Positions 38,990 to 48,335 of a stretch of 64,000 nt of DNA are shown here, in pieces. Positions within the stretch are counted from its first letter, which is position 1. Every line of letters starts with the position of its first letter. Origin of the DNA: an uncultured Eubacteriales bacterium (lineage in GTDB: Bacteria; Bacillota; Clostridia; HGM11514). The stretch lies in the NCBI GenBank assembly GCA_902492655.1, contig CABUMF010000007.1, positions 1,191 through 65,190 on the forward strand, in the 5' to 3' direction. The notes under the pieces are model-generated. The model was not told the origin of the DNA. It saw only the letters and a program-made list of their open reading frames with translations, and did no database searches. The translations under genes were made by a program, and so were the position numbers.

Positions 38990-39041
38990 TGCACCCCCCT
39001 ATAAGGAGTTTTGCACCCCCTTATAGCAAAAGTGCACCCCC
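38990..39041. repeat. Three direct repeats of TGCACCCCC spaced 21-22 bp apart
   Basis: aaatgcacccccctataagg / ttgcacccccttatagc / gtgcacccccttgttta, just beyond the 3' end of the restriction endonuclease gene. Confidence 0.4.
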
Positions 39042-39045
39042 TTGT

Positions 39046-40125
39046 TTAATACTTGGGAGACATTCCAAATATACCTGTGAGCATTTTGTAGACATTATAA
39101 CTACCCATTTTTATATCAACAGTATTTGCAACAATTCTGCACCATTGTTCAATTCGATTTTCACATATATCTTTCGCTTTCCAGTATTCAAGAAGCGTTG
39201 ACAAATTTGCATTCATGATTGTTTCGGCAATTAATTCTTTATGAGTATTTATTCTCCCGAAAGCGGCAGGCATTTTTTCGAAACACCCATTGATTGTAAC
39301 GATATCAGTTTGTCCACCCGAAGAGAATTGGTCACGAATATGTGTGTCGACAACACTGCAGTTAGAAACTAACCATAATGCATATCGGTCATATTTTGAT
39401 GTTAAGACTTCTGGAAAAAGAGCATATCCGCGAGCACGATATTCATCTTTTAACTCTTTTGAGAGAGAACCCCATAATCTTATAGTAGGAGGAGCAACTA
39501 TATCATCAGGGTTTTCATCTGCTGCCCACCACAAGCTTTCGCCTTCTCTTAATTGATTTTTATAATATTTTGACACAGGAGCAACAGGGTTCTCTAACTT
39601 CCTGAGTTTATCATATGGTATTCCCATTTTATCAAAAATGGTTTCACCGGATTTGAGTTCCATGTCAATTTGATACCGAGGATAATGTGTTACTGATATA
39701 CCCGAAAGACATTCCTCGTAAGGACGACTTTTAAATGCAACAGGAGCTCCCAACTTTCCAAATGTGAGAAAAATCCTTTCAACATTTTGATCACGTGTTG
39801 ATTCTAATATACTGCTTCCTATTGATTTCCAATGATTCTTATTGGTGCTTTTTACCTCCACACCATAAAAACGATTTACAACTATATCAGGGAACGAAGC
39901 TCCTGAAACTAACTGTATTGTACCTTCAAATGGTGTGTTCATTGCGCATCTCGTTAATGCATCACACACATCTTCTTCTAATTGTGTTCCGTTACGTCCT
40001 TTATAGTATGCCTCTCGACCTTTTGCTTCTGTATTGAGTATAGCATCGGTTTTGACCATTAAAGCTCTAAAATCTGCTAAAGATGGTTTTCTATTTTCAG
40101 ATATTATCAATACATTCACCTCCAA
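39046..40125 (-). CDS. Putative type II restriction endonuclease (PD-(D/E)xK fold)
   Basis: 359 aa, overlaps and is co-directional with a C5-MTase gene; candidate catalytic motif SFPDIVV...GVEVKS; AT-rich. Confidence 0.5.
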   Translation of the reverse strand: MEVNVLIISENRKPSLADFRALMVKTDAILNTEAKGREAYYKGRNGTQLEEDVCDALTRCAMNTPFEGTIQLVSGASFPDIVVNRFYGVEVKSTNKNHWKSIGSSILESTRDQNVERIFLTFGKLGAPVAFKSRPYEECLSGISVTHYPRYQIDMELKSGETIFDKMGIPYDKLRKLENPVAPVSKYYKNQLREGESLWWAADENPDDIVAPPTIRLWGSLSKELKDEYRARGYALFPEVLTSKYDRYALWLVSNCSVVDTHIRDQFSSGGQTDIVTINGCFEKMPAAFGRINTHKELIAETIMNANLSTLLEYWKAKDICENRIEQWCRIVANTVDIKMGSYNVYKMLTGIFGMSPKY

Positions 40126-41551
40126 AATATGTTTCCCATAAAGCTTCTATACGTTTTGCAATATGGAATCCCAGTAATGGTGGAACTGCATTTCCAATTA
40201 ATTTGTATGCTTCTGAAGCGGATACAGAATTATTTGTTGAATTGTTTCTAAAAACAAATTCATAATCATCAGGGAAGGTTTGAATGCGAGCACATTCTCT
40301 AACCGTCAATCTTCGCTCTTTTTTCCCAGTAGTTAGTTCATCCATATACGTGCCGCCGTGTTCTGTGCTTAAACGGCGAAACTCTATATTTCCGTGATGT
40401 TCCGAACGAATTGTTGGACCAATGCCATCAAGTTTAATTTCATTTTGCCCTTGACAATGTTTTCCCATAAATTTTGCTTTTGAATATTTTTGTTGTGAGA
40501 CATCGGCGGAAGCTTCTGGCTCATCTAAACCGACGAAAGCTTGCCTTAATGTTACCGGGGGCAATAAAGTTTCTCCTGAATTATTGTAAGCATGCGTAAT
40601 TATTGGATAAGGATCGTAATCTTCAGGTATATGTGTTTTTGAAAGAGCTGAAAGCGCATTCTTTGTTAAAGCTGATTTTTTAAATCCAAAGAAAATAACC
40701 CTCTCTCTTGATTGTGGTACGCCGTAATCAGCGGCATGTAATACTCTTGCAGGAACAACAATATAACCATTCTCAGAAATTGTGCTAAAATCATGTTCAA
40801 TAATAGATTTTACATCTCCGAGATTTGCAAGACCTTTGACATTTTCGGCAATAAATACTTTAGGTTGTGTTATGGCAACAACTTCACGCATCCATATATA
40901 CAACTGTCCGCGGCTTTCTACACTTGGAGCATTAACATCTACTATCTTTTTTCCGGTATGGCTTTTGTCGGAATCAAAACCTTGTCGTTTTCCAGCTACC
41001 GAAAAATCTTGGCAAGGGAAGCCACCAGTTACAACATCAATATTTTCAGGGAATACCGGCGTTCCATTTTCCTTATGTAGTTTTACAAGATCAACAATGC
41101 TATCAAGGTAATATGTGGAAGTTGAAATTCCTCTTTTTTTAAAAAAATTTGTCCAAGCAATTTTAGCATCTTCCCTAATATCGTTAGCAAAAACTGTATG
41201 AAACCTATTTTTTGGGAGATGAACCCAATTTTCGTTGACAGCGCTAACATTCCAATTTTTGTTAATTTCAGAGTTCATCGACACTTTTAGAATGTCAAAA
41301 TCACCCTCAAAACCCAAATCCATACCACCACAACCTGAAAATAAGGATAAAACATTTATTGTAGATTTTCTTGTTTGGTTTTTTGAAAGTTTATTTTGCC
41401 GTGCAGGTTTTTGCGTAGTCGAAGGAATAAACCAAACACCACTTTTCTTTGTAGCGCCATCTATACGACCCTCGTTACACAAAATTTGTACTCTTCTAGG
41501 GCTAATATTCCATTTTTTAGCAACAGATTGAACTGTAATCATTTCATTCAT
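40097..41551 (-). CDS. DNA (cytosine-5)-methyltransferase with N-terminal helix-turn-helix domain
   Basis: Motif I LFSGCGG, motif IV GGFPCQDFS, motif VI ENVKGL, C-terminal TVRECARIQTFPDDYEF...GNAVPP; N-terminal 55 aa HTH-like (WNISPRRVQILCNEGRIDGA). Confidence 0.85.
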   Translation of the reverse strand: MNEMITVQSVAKKWNISPRRVQILCNEGRIDGATKKSGVWFIPSTTQKPARQNKLSKNQTRKSTINVLSLFSGCGGMDLGFEGDFDILKVSMNSEINKNWNVSAVNENWVHLPKNRFHTVFANDIREDAKIAWTNFFKKRGISTSTYYLDSIVDLVKLHKENGTPVFPENIDVVTGGFPCQDFSVAGKRQGFDSDKSHTGKKIVDVNAPSVESRGQLYIWMREVVAITQPKVFIAENVKGLANLGDVKSIIEHDFSTISENGYIVVPARVLHAADYGVPQSRERVIFFGFKKSALTKNALSALSKTHIPEDYDPYPIITHAYNNSGETLLPPVTLRQAFVGLDEPEASADVSQQKYSKAKFMGKHCQGQNEIKLDGIGPTIRSEHHGNIEFRRLSTEHGGTYMDELTTGKKERRLTVRECARIQTFPDDYEFVFRNNSTNNSVSASEAYKLIGNAVPPLLGFHIAKRIEALWETYFGGECIDNI

Positions 41552-41884
41552 ATGTACACTCCCTATAATTCCTTATGTATATTATATTCGTTTGTGCGAA
41601 TTTTTGCAATACAATAAATGAAATTGTAACAAAGATTTTAAATAAATTCAAATTAAAGAAACGAATAATAAAGTATAAATCGACATGAACCTTTATACCA
41701 TATGAACTCTATTTAAGCCATCTGAACCCCATTACTTTCACAAGAAGCATCTAAAAACACGGAAAACCGCTTCGAATTATCTTCGAAACGGTTTGTTTAT
41801 TGTTTCACAAGTGCTGAAAAGCCTTATTTAAAGCCAAAGAACAATAACCCCAACTTTTTATCAAAGTTAGGGTTATAATTTGAG

Positions 41885-41973
41885 CGGAGAGAAAGGGATT
41901 CGAACCCTTGAACGGGTATTAGCCGTTACACGATTTCCAGTCGTGCGCCTTAGACCAGCTCAGCCATCTCTCC
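41885..41973 (-). tRNA. tRNA-Ser (anticodon GGA), class II with long variable arm
   Basis: Minus-strand GGAGAGATGGCTGAGCTGGTCTAAGGCGCACGACTGGAAATCGTGTAACGGCTAATACCCGTTCAAGGGTTCGAATCCCTTTCTCTCCG; cloverleaf foldable by eye; no encoded CCA. Confidence 0.8.
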
Positions 41974-42085
41974 TCGCTGCACAACGATATTATTATAACA
42001 GATTGAGCGGAATTTGTCAAGCATTTTTTAACCATTATTACCTAAAGTCAATTTACGCAATAAAATGGTTAAGAAACGACAAGAA

Positions 42086-42115
42086 ATTGCAAATATTTTA
42101 TGCTATACTTATATT
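42086..42115 (+). promoter_or_regulatory. Promoter TTGCAA-17-TATATT upstream of kduI
   Basis: Read directly. Confidence 0.3.
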
Positions 42116-42203
42116 ATGAAGGGAGGTTTTTAAGATAGAGCTGAGAATAACAGATAAAAACGGCAATGAAAAATTCCGTATAAGCGGCGAGGAAATTGAT
42201 GCT

Positions 42204-43754
42204 GTGTACGAAGGCAAGCTTTTGCGAGGGGACATTTTTTCGGTAAGTGCGCCTGGGATTGAGTTTATGAAGGTTCAGCTTGATAAAACCATGAAGGAAA
42301 GCGTTATATACTGTCCTTCGGGGAGCTTTGAATTTTCGGTTCCGGAAGAAGGCGAGGCTGTGGGCTATGCTCCGGAGGCTTTTTCGGGCTTTTGCCACCG
42401 TATAAGGATTTCCGAAAGCGATGAAGCCTACGAAAAGCGGCTCATATCGCTAAATTCCCTGGACAGGCGAGGGCAGACGAGATATTTCCCACACGCCCGG
42501 GCAAACCTTGTAACACGGGACGCTCCCTGTTTTTTCGAGCGCAACGCAATAGACGGAGTGTGCAAAAATGACAGTCACGGCGATTATCCCTATCATTCCT
42601 GGGCAGGTGGCGCGAGGGAGGATCTTGAGTATTATATTGATTTCGGAGCGGAAGTTTTGGTTTCGGAGATTGTATTTTATTTAAGAGCCGATTTTCCCCA
42701 CGATACCTATTGGAAGAGCCTGGAAATCGAGTTTTCGGACAAAGAGAGGCTCACCGCAGAGTTTTTAAAAACAGCGGAGGGGCAGAAAACAGTTCTTGAA
42801 AATCCCAAAAAAACACGGACGGTTCATTTGACAAACTTTAAGCAGGCAGAGTATCCCCTTTCGTGGGCGGCGCTGTCGCAGATTGAAATTTACGGTAATT
42901 ATGTTAAGGAGGATTTAAGCAAAATGGAGATCAGAAACGCATCAAACCCAAAGGATGTAAAGCATTACACGACCGACAGGTTGAGAGAGGAATTTCACAT
43001 TTCAAAGCTGTTCACAAAGGACAACATAAGAATGGTTTACAGCCATATTGACAGGATAATCACGGCAGGTCTTATGCCGGTAAAACAGGATTTGAAGCTT
43101 GAGGGCGGCAAGGAGCTTGCGTCGGATTACTTTCTTGAAAGAAGGGAAATGGGCTGCATAAACATAGGCGGAAAGGGCATAATTTCGGTTGACGGCGAGG
43201 AATACGAAATGAACCCGAGGGACGGAATTTACATAGGCAGAGGAAACAAGGAAATCGTGTTCCGTTGCGTTGACACGGATAATCCGCCGAAATTTTATGT
43301 AAGCTCCTGCCCGGCACATAAGAGCTATCCAACGGTTAAAATTGATATAACAAAGGCGAAAAAGGTTCCCTGCGGAAGCGTTGAGGAATGTAATAAGAGG
43401 GTTATAAATCAGTACATTCATCCCGAGGTAATAAAGAGCTGTCAGCTTGCAATGGGGCTTACAAAGCTTGAGCCGGGCTCCAACTGGAACACAATGCCCT
43501 CCCATACCCACGACAGGAGAATGGAGGTTTACCTTTATCTCGATATGGGCGAAAACGATGCGGTGTTCCATATGATGGGAGAGCCTAACGAAACAAGGCA
43601 TATAGTAATGCACAACGAAGAAGCTGTTATCAGCCCGAGCTGGTCTATCCACAGCGGAGTGGGAACGAAGGCATACTCCTTTATTTGGGCGATGTGCGGT
43701 GAAAATCAGGAATTTGACGATATGGACTTTATAGAAACAAAGGATTTAAGATAG
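42204..43754 (+). CDS. kduI: 5-dehydro-4-deoxy-D-glucuronate isomerase (KduI) with unrecognised 240-aa N-terminal extension; GTG start (start uncertain)
   Basis: C-terminal 276 aa align closely with E. coli KduI (MVYSHIDRII...HMMGEPNETRHIVMHNEEAVISPSWSIHSGVGTKAYSFIW); internal AAGGAGG + ATG at 42924 exactly at KduI domain start. Confidence 0.8.
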   Translation: MYEGKLLRGDIFSVSAPGIEFMKVQLDKTMKESVIYCPSGSFEFSVPEEGEAVGYAPEAFSGFCHRIRISESDEAYEKRLISLNSLDRRGQTRYFPHARANLVTRDAPCFFERNAIDGVCKNDSHGDYPYHSWAGGAREDLEYYIDFGAEVLVSEIVFYLRADFPHDTYWKSLEIEFSDKERLTAEFLKTAEGQKTVLENPKKTRTVHLTNFKQAEYPLSWAALSQIEIYGNYVKEDLSKMEIRNASNPKDVKHYTTDRLREEFHISKLFTKDNIRMVYSHIDRIITAGLMPVKQDLKLEGGKELASDYFLERREMGCINIGGKGIISVDGEEYEMNPRDGIYIGRGNKEIVFRCVDTDNPPKFYVSSCPAHKSYPTVKIDITKAKKVPCGSVEECNKRVINQYIHPEVIKSCQLAMGLTKLEPGSNWNTMPSHTHDRRMEVYLYLDMGENDAVFHMMGEPNETRHIVMHNEEAVISPSWSIHSGVGTKAYSFIWAMCGENQEFDDMDFIETKDLR

Positions 43755-43767
43755 GAGGAAGCGGAAA

Positions 43768-44553
43768 ATGTTCAGTCTTGAAGGCAAGGTTGCGCTTGTA
43801 ACGGGAGCGTCCTACGGAATAGGGTATGCAATCGCAAAGGGCTTTGCCCATGCCGGAGCGAAAATCGTGTTTAACGATATAAATGCCGAGCTTGTGGAAA
43901 AGGGGCTTGCGTCCTACAGGGCGGACGGCATAGATGCAAAGGGTTTTGTGTGCGATGTAACGGACGAGGAAGCGGTTATAGAGCTTGTAAAAAAGATAGA
44001 GGAAGAAATCGGCGTTATTGATATTTTGGTAAATAACGCAGGAATTATCAAGAGAATACCCATGTGCGAGATGAGCGCGGAGGATTTCAGGCGGGTAATT
44101 GATGTTGACCTTAACGCTCCGTTTATAGTTTCAAAGGCGGTTATTCCTTCCATGATCAAAAAAGGTCACGGAAAAATCATCAATATCTGCTCCATGATGA
44201 GCGAGCTGGGACGGGAAACCGTTTCGGCGTACGCTGCGGCAAAGGGCGGACTTAAAATGCTCACAAGAAATATCTGCTCCGAGTACGGCGAGCACAATAT
44301 TCAGTGTAACGGAATAGGCCCGGGGTACATCGCAACCCCGCAGACCGCACCCCTTCGTGAGCGTCAGCCGGACGGAACTCGTCATCCCTTTGACAGCTTT
44401 ATAATTTCAAAAACCCCGGCGGCTCGTTGGGGCACACCGGAGGATCTTGTCGGTCCTGCCGTATTTCTGGCATCGGACGCATCAAACTTTGTAAACGGCC
44501 ATGTGCTGTATGTTGACGGCGGAATTTTGGCATATATCGGAAAACAGCCGTAA
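43768..44553 (+). CDS. kduD: 2-dehydro-3-deoxy-D-gluconate 5-dehydrogenase (SDR family, KduD/IdnO-like)
   Basis: 261 aa SDR with TGASYGIG, NNAG, YAAAK motifs; strong resemblance to gluconate-5-dehydrogenase/KduD; adjacent to kduI. Confidence 0.8.
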   Translation: MFSLEGKVALVTGASYGIGYAIAKGFAHAGAKIVFNDINAELVEKGLASYRADGIDAKGFVCDVTDEEAVIELVKKIEEEIGVIDILVNNAGIIKRIPMCEMSAEDFRRVIDVDLNAPFIVSKAVIPSMIKKGHGKIINICSMMSELGRETVSAYAAAKGGLKMLTRNICSEYGEHNIQCNGIGPGYIATPQTAPLRERQPDGTRHPFDSFIISKTPAARWGTPEDLVGPAVFLASDASNFVNGHVLYVDGGILAYIGKQP

Positions 44554-44565
44554 GGAGGATAAAGC

Positions 44566-45702
44566 ATGAACTATAACGAATGGCTTGAAAATCTGTGGCA
44601 AAAAACCAAATCAAAGCTTGAAAAGACGGCGGTTTCCTGCCGTGACATAATTCCCTACACAGCGGATGAAAACGGAAGATTTATAGATTATTACAAAATA
44701 TCCCCCAACTGGTGGACAAACGGCTTTTGGGGCGGACTCATGTGGCTTATGTACAACGAAACCGGTAACGAAGCCTTCAAGCAAACCGCGCGCCGCTCCG
44801 AGGAGCTTTTGGATACCGCACTTTCAAACTATGAACTGCTCCACCACGATGTGGGCTTTATGTTCCACCTGACCTTCGGAGCGGACTATCGCATAACGGG
44901 AGAAAAAACCGCACTTAATAAGGAGCTTTTTGCGGCGTCTACGCTGTTTTCACGCTTTAATGTTGACGGCAAATTCATTCGTGCCTGGAACCAGCCCGAG
45001 GCGGTGGGCTGGAGCATAGTGGATTGCCTCATGAACCTTCCACTGCTGTATTTTGCATCGGACAAGATCGGGGACGACCGCTTTACAAAGGTTGCAATGC
45101 ACCATGCGGACATGAGCATCCGTGACCATATAAGGCAGGACGGAAGCGTAAATCACATTGTGGAGCATGACCTTGAGACGGGCGAAGCAGTGAAATTCTA
45201 TGCGGGACAGGGTGCTTTTGAGGGCTCGTGCTGGTCAAGGGGACTTGCGTGGGCGCTGTACGGAATAACCCTTGCATACATTCATACGAAAAAGCCGGAA
45301 TATCTTGATGCGGCAATCCGGACCGCAAACTATTTCTGCACAAATGTTGCAAAATATGACTATAAAACACCGATTGATTTCCGTCAGCCGAAAAACCCCG
45401 AGTATTACGACAGCACAGCCGGAGTGTGCGCCGCTTGCGGACTTCTGGAGCTTTCAAAGCTTGTGTCCGAGGCGGAAGGTGAAGCTTATCGGGGCGTGGC
45501 GATAAATGTGCTCAAGGCGACTGAGGAGAATTTCTGCAATTTCACCGATGAAACCGATTACATAGTCGGCTACGGCTCGGGACGCTACCCTCGAAACGAA
45601 GAGGAAATAAAAACAGAGGTTCACCTTCCCATTATTTATGCAGACTTTTTCTTCACCGAAAGCCTCATAAAGCTGAAAGGAACGGATTTTCTTATATGGT
45701 AA
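44566..45702 (+). CDS. ugl: Unsaturated glucuronyl hydrolase (GH88)
   Basis: 378 aa; NWWTNGFWGGLMW, HHDVGFMF, IVDCLMNLPLL, CGLLE motifs match Bacillus GL1 UGL as recalled. Confidence 0.75.
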   Translation: MNYNEWLENLWQKTKSKLEKTAVSCRDIIPYTADENGRFIDYYKISPNWWTNGFWGGLMWLMYNETGNEAFKQTARRSEELLDTALSNYELLHHDVGFMFHLTFGADYRITGEKTALNKELFAASTLFSRFNVDGKFIRAWNQPEAVGWSIVDCLMNLPLLYFASDKIGDDRFTKVAMHHADMSIRDHIRQDGSVNHIVEHDLETGEAVKFYAGQGAFEGSCWSRGLAWALYGITLAYIHTKKPEYLDAAIRTANYFCTNVAKYDYKTPIDFRQPKNPEYYDSTAGVCAACGLLELSKLVSEAEGEAYRGVAINVLKATEENFCNFTDETDYIVGYGSGRYPRNEEEIKTEVHLPIIYADFFFTESLIKLKGTDFLIW

Positions 45703-45739
45703 AAAGCGGTCACCGCATTTCTGCGGTGACCGACATTTT

Positions 45740-48097
45740 TTATTTCAATTCCGCAATCATTGCAGACAGTTCATTTTCCGAAAATTCCGTTTCCGTGTCC
45801 GTTATTGCTATAAGCCCTCTTTCGTCCCATGTGACGGATTTTCCGAGAGCCTCAGCAATCGCGCGGAGCGGAACAAAGGTTCTCGACTCATATATCGCCG
45901 CCGGAACATCAATTTCCTTCTTTTCTCCGCCGACAGTGATGTTTTTGTCGCCTATGACTATGCTGATTTCGCTTCCCACCGACACGGTTTTTGTGTCGGC
46001 ATCCCACGAAACATCCTCGCCGAAGCTTTCCGAAATGCACCTTACCGGCACGAGGGTTCTGCCGTCAACAATCATCGGCTGAACATCATTTTCGCGTGTT
46101 TCTCCGTTAACACCGAACTTGTTCGAGCCGACAAGAAGCGTAACCGCACCTGTCATTTCCGGCTCATCTGTTCTCTTTACCTCATATCTTCCCACGGTGT
46201 CAAGGCTGAAAACCTTAAAATCGGGCAGTTTCTCTTTGATTGATGCTTCATCCAATTCAAGCTTATCGTTAACCAAATTTCTTTCTGCGAGTTCCGCAAT
46301 ATTCTCAAGCGTATTTTTGCTTTCAAAGCCGTCGCTTACAAAATCCCGATACTTATATTTCGCACGCTGTGCAATATTTTTAATCGTATTGCCCTCAGAA
46401 TAGCGCTCTTCGGTTATTTCTTCATCGCCTTCATATCGGATAAATTTATAACCTTCGCAAAGCAATATGTATTCCGAGAAAATAAGGTCATTGGTGATAT
46501 TGTTGTTGTTTGCGTTAAAGAATCCTACGCCGGCCGTTACACCTTTTATGTAATTATAGGTTATCTCGTTATTCTTTGTGCCGTAAAGCCCGACAGCATA
46601 ATCACGGCACCTTCTTCTGCCGTGTTTATACGGAATAATCTTATCTCTGCGGATACCTTCAAGAGTATATTTGTCGGTTCTAATATCGAAATTATCGTGG
46701 AAATAATTATTTGTAATCTTATTTGCTGACGTACCGTATGCAATCAGCAATACCGAACCGCCCGTTTGGTCAAGAGCACCGCTTATATCATTAAATTCAA
46801 CCGAGTTTTCATCGCCGTCCAGAACTATGGCCATATGAGCTGCGCCGTCAATTTTATTATGCGAAATTTTATTTTTGTTACCGATAATGTTTATAGGTTC
46901 ATGCTCTGTCCAGAAAAGACAGCCGATTTTTGAAAAACCGCAGTTGTCGACAGTGTTAAGGTTGCCGTCAATTAAAACCGCACCGCCGCCGAGATTATTG
47001 AAATCACAGTTATCAATTTTTGAATCATTGCATTTTTCAAGCTTTACGGCAGTATCTGATGTGTTTTCAAACTTGCAGTCCAAAATTTCTATATTCTCCG
47101 AGTTTTTTATATCAATTGCAGACCCTAAAGTATCCGAAAACTTTATTCCGCTGATTTTAATATTAGAAAGCTTATCGCCCGAAATATATGTTTTATCGTC
47201 CGCTATAAACTCAACATCCGCCGCATCGTCCTTAGGATAAATGAATACCGTGCCGCTTTCGCGATCCGCATACCATTCGCCTTTTTCGTCTATAAAAGCA
47301 ATATCGTTAACATAATACCCGGCATTCTGAGAAGAATAATACGGATCGTCCTCACTCTGCGGAATCGTATATGTAATTGTATTATCACCGTTAAATTTCA
47401 CCGGTACAAAACTTTCCTTGTTCCAAAATACGATATGGAAGTACACATCATTAAGTCCGGACAGATATTTGTCGTTAAATATAAACTTGTTTTTCTCCGA
47501 AACATCGCCTTCTCTTCTCCGCAGTTCGGTTTTTGTTCCGTCAGCGTTTTTTGTTGTATCAGCCAGCGGCATTCTTTCGGGATTTTTATCATAGGATGTA
47601 ATAATTATCGAAGTTGTATCGTATATATGTCCAAACAGAACCGGCTCTTCTTCCTCCTGCATTGCGGCAATCGGCAGATACTCGTTATTCTGAAGTGCAA
47701 CCGGATAAATACCGCCTTCCTTCATTTCACCGAGGTTTTTAATTCCTCTTACGGCTTTAACATTCTTTTTGCCGTCGGAAATCAAAATCTTATATTTTTC
47801 TTCCTTTGTTATATCTTCAAGCTTACCGGTTTCCGATGTTGAGAAAACAACATCAGCACCGTTTTCAGCCTTGATTGTTATGTTGCTTTTGTTGAGATTA
47901 ATGCTCTCGTTGTAACTGCCGCCGCGGAGCACTATAACAGAGCCGCTGTCAGCTGCGTCAATTGCCGCCTGAACCGACTCCCCCGGGGACACAAATACCG
48001 TCTTGCCCGCAGCCGAAACAGCTGTAAACGATGACGCTACCATTGCAGCACACGAAACATACGCAAGCAGTTTTTTGATTTTTTTCATAAGTTCCAC
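45740..48097 (-). CDS. Secreted right-handed beta-helix protein (candidate polysaccharide lyase/hydrolase) with two C-terminal Cu-amine-oxidase-N-like domains
   Basis: Signal peptide; PbH1-like repeats (NIKISGIKFSDTLGSAIDIKNSENIEILDCKFENT...); C-terminal VPVRCISESFG and VPLRAIAEALG repeats. Confidence 0.65.
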   Translation of the reverse strand: MELMKKIKKLLAYVSCAAMVASSFTAVSAAGKTVFVSPGESVQAAIDAADSGSVIVLRGGSYNESINLNKSNITIKAENGADVVFSTSETGKLEDITKEEKYKILISDGKKNVKAVRGIKNLGEMKEGGIYPVALQNNEYLPIAAMQEEEEPVLFGHIYDTTSIIITSYDKNPERMPLADTTKNADGTKTELRRREGDVSEKNKFIFNDKYLSGLNDVYFHIVFWNKESFVPVKFNGDNTITYTIPQSEDDPYYSSQNAGYYVNDIAFIDEKGEWYADRESGTVFIYPKDDAADVEFIADDKTYISGDKLSNIKISGIKFSDTLGSAIDIKNSENIEILDCKFENTSDTAVKLEKCNDSKIDNCDFNNLGGGAVLIDGNLNTVDNCGFSKIGCLFWTEHEPINIIGNKNKISHNKIDGAAHMAIVLDGDENSVEFNDISGALDQTGGSVLLIAYGTSANKITNNYFHDNFDIRTDKYTLEGIRRDKIIPYKHGRRRCRDYAVGLYGTKNNEITYNYIKGVTAGVGFFNANNNNITNDLIFSEYILLCEGYKFIRYEGDEEITEERYSEGNTIKNIAQRAKYKYRDFVSDGFESKNTLENIAELAERNLVNDKLELDEASIKEKLPDFKVFSLDTVGRYEVKRTDEPEMTGAVTLLVGSNKFGVNGETRENDVQPMIVDGRTLVPVRCISESFGEDVSWDADTKTVSVGSEISIVIGDKNITVGGEKKEIDVPAAIYESRTFVPLRAIAEALGKSVTWDERGLIAITDTETEFSENELSAMIAELK

Positions 48098-48200
48098 CCC
48101 TTAAACACATATGGTTTTTGTGACATTTATCAATAATGACAGTTATATTTTACCATAATTAGTTCAATTTGTCAAGGACGCAATAAATATTTTTACCCCC

Positions 48201-48229
48201 TTGATAAGGAGCCTAAAATAATGTATAAT
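48201..48229 (+). promoter_or_regulatory. Promoter TTGATA-17-TATAAT (with TG) driving decayed leader/oadB copy
   Basis: Same architecture as promoter at 54981..55009. Confidence 0.4.
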
Positions 48230-48236
48230 ATTTCAT

Positions 48237-48332
48237 GTAAAAGGGAGTAGCAGACGGCAGATGAGCCGTTTCTGGTGCGTCATTACGGCGGAATATCCGC
48301 CCGCTGCAGAATTAAATTGCGAGACTTTTGCC
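48237..48332 (+). ncRNA. Truncated copy of structured leader RNA (riboswitch-like), paralog of 55016..55137
   Basis: Single-stranded blocks identical to the 55 kb copy, two stems differ but retain pairing; terminator 3' half missing. Confidence 0.4.
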
Positions 48333-48335
48333 TAC

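Noticed and set aside
38962-39201. ORF 38962..39201 (+) spanning the TGCACCCCC repeats
   Set aside because: The Pro-rich translation is caused by the C-rich repeats. It overlaps the 3' end of the endonuclease gene and has no RBS.
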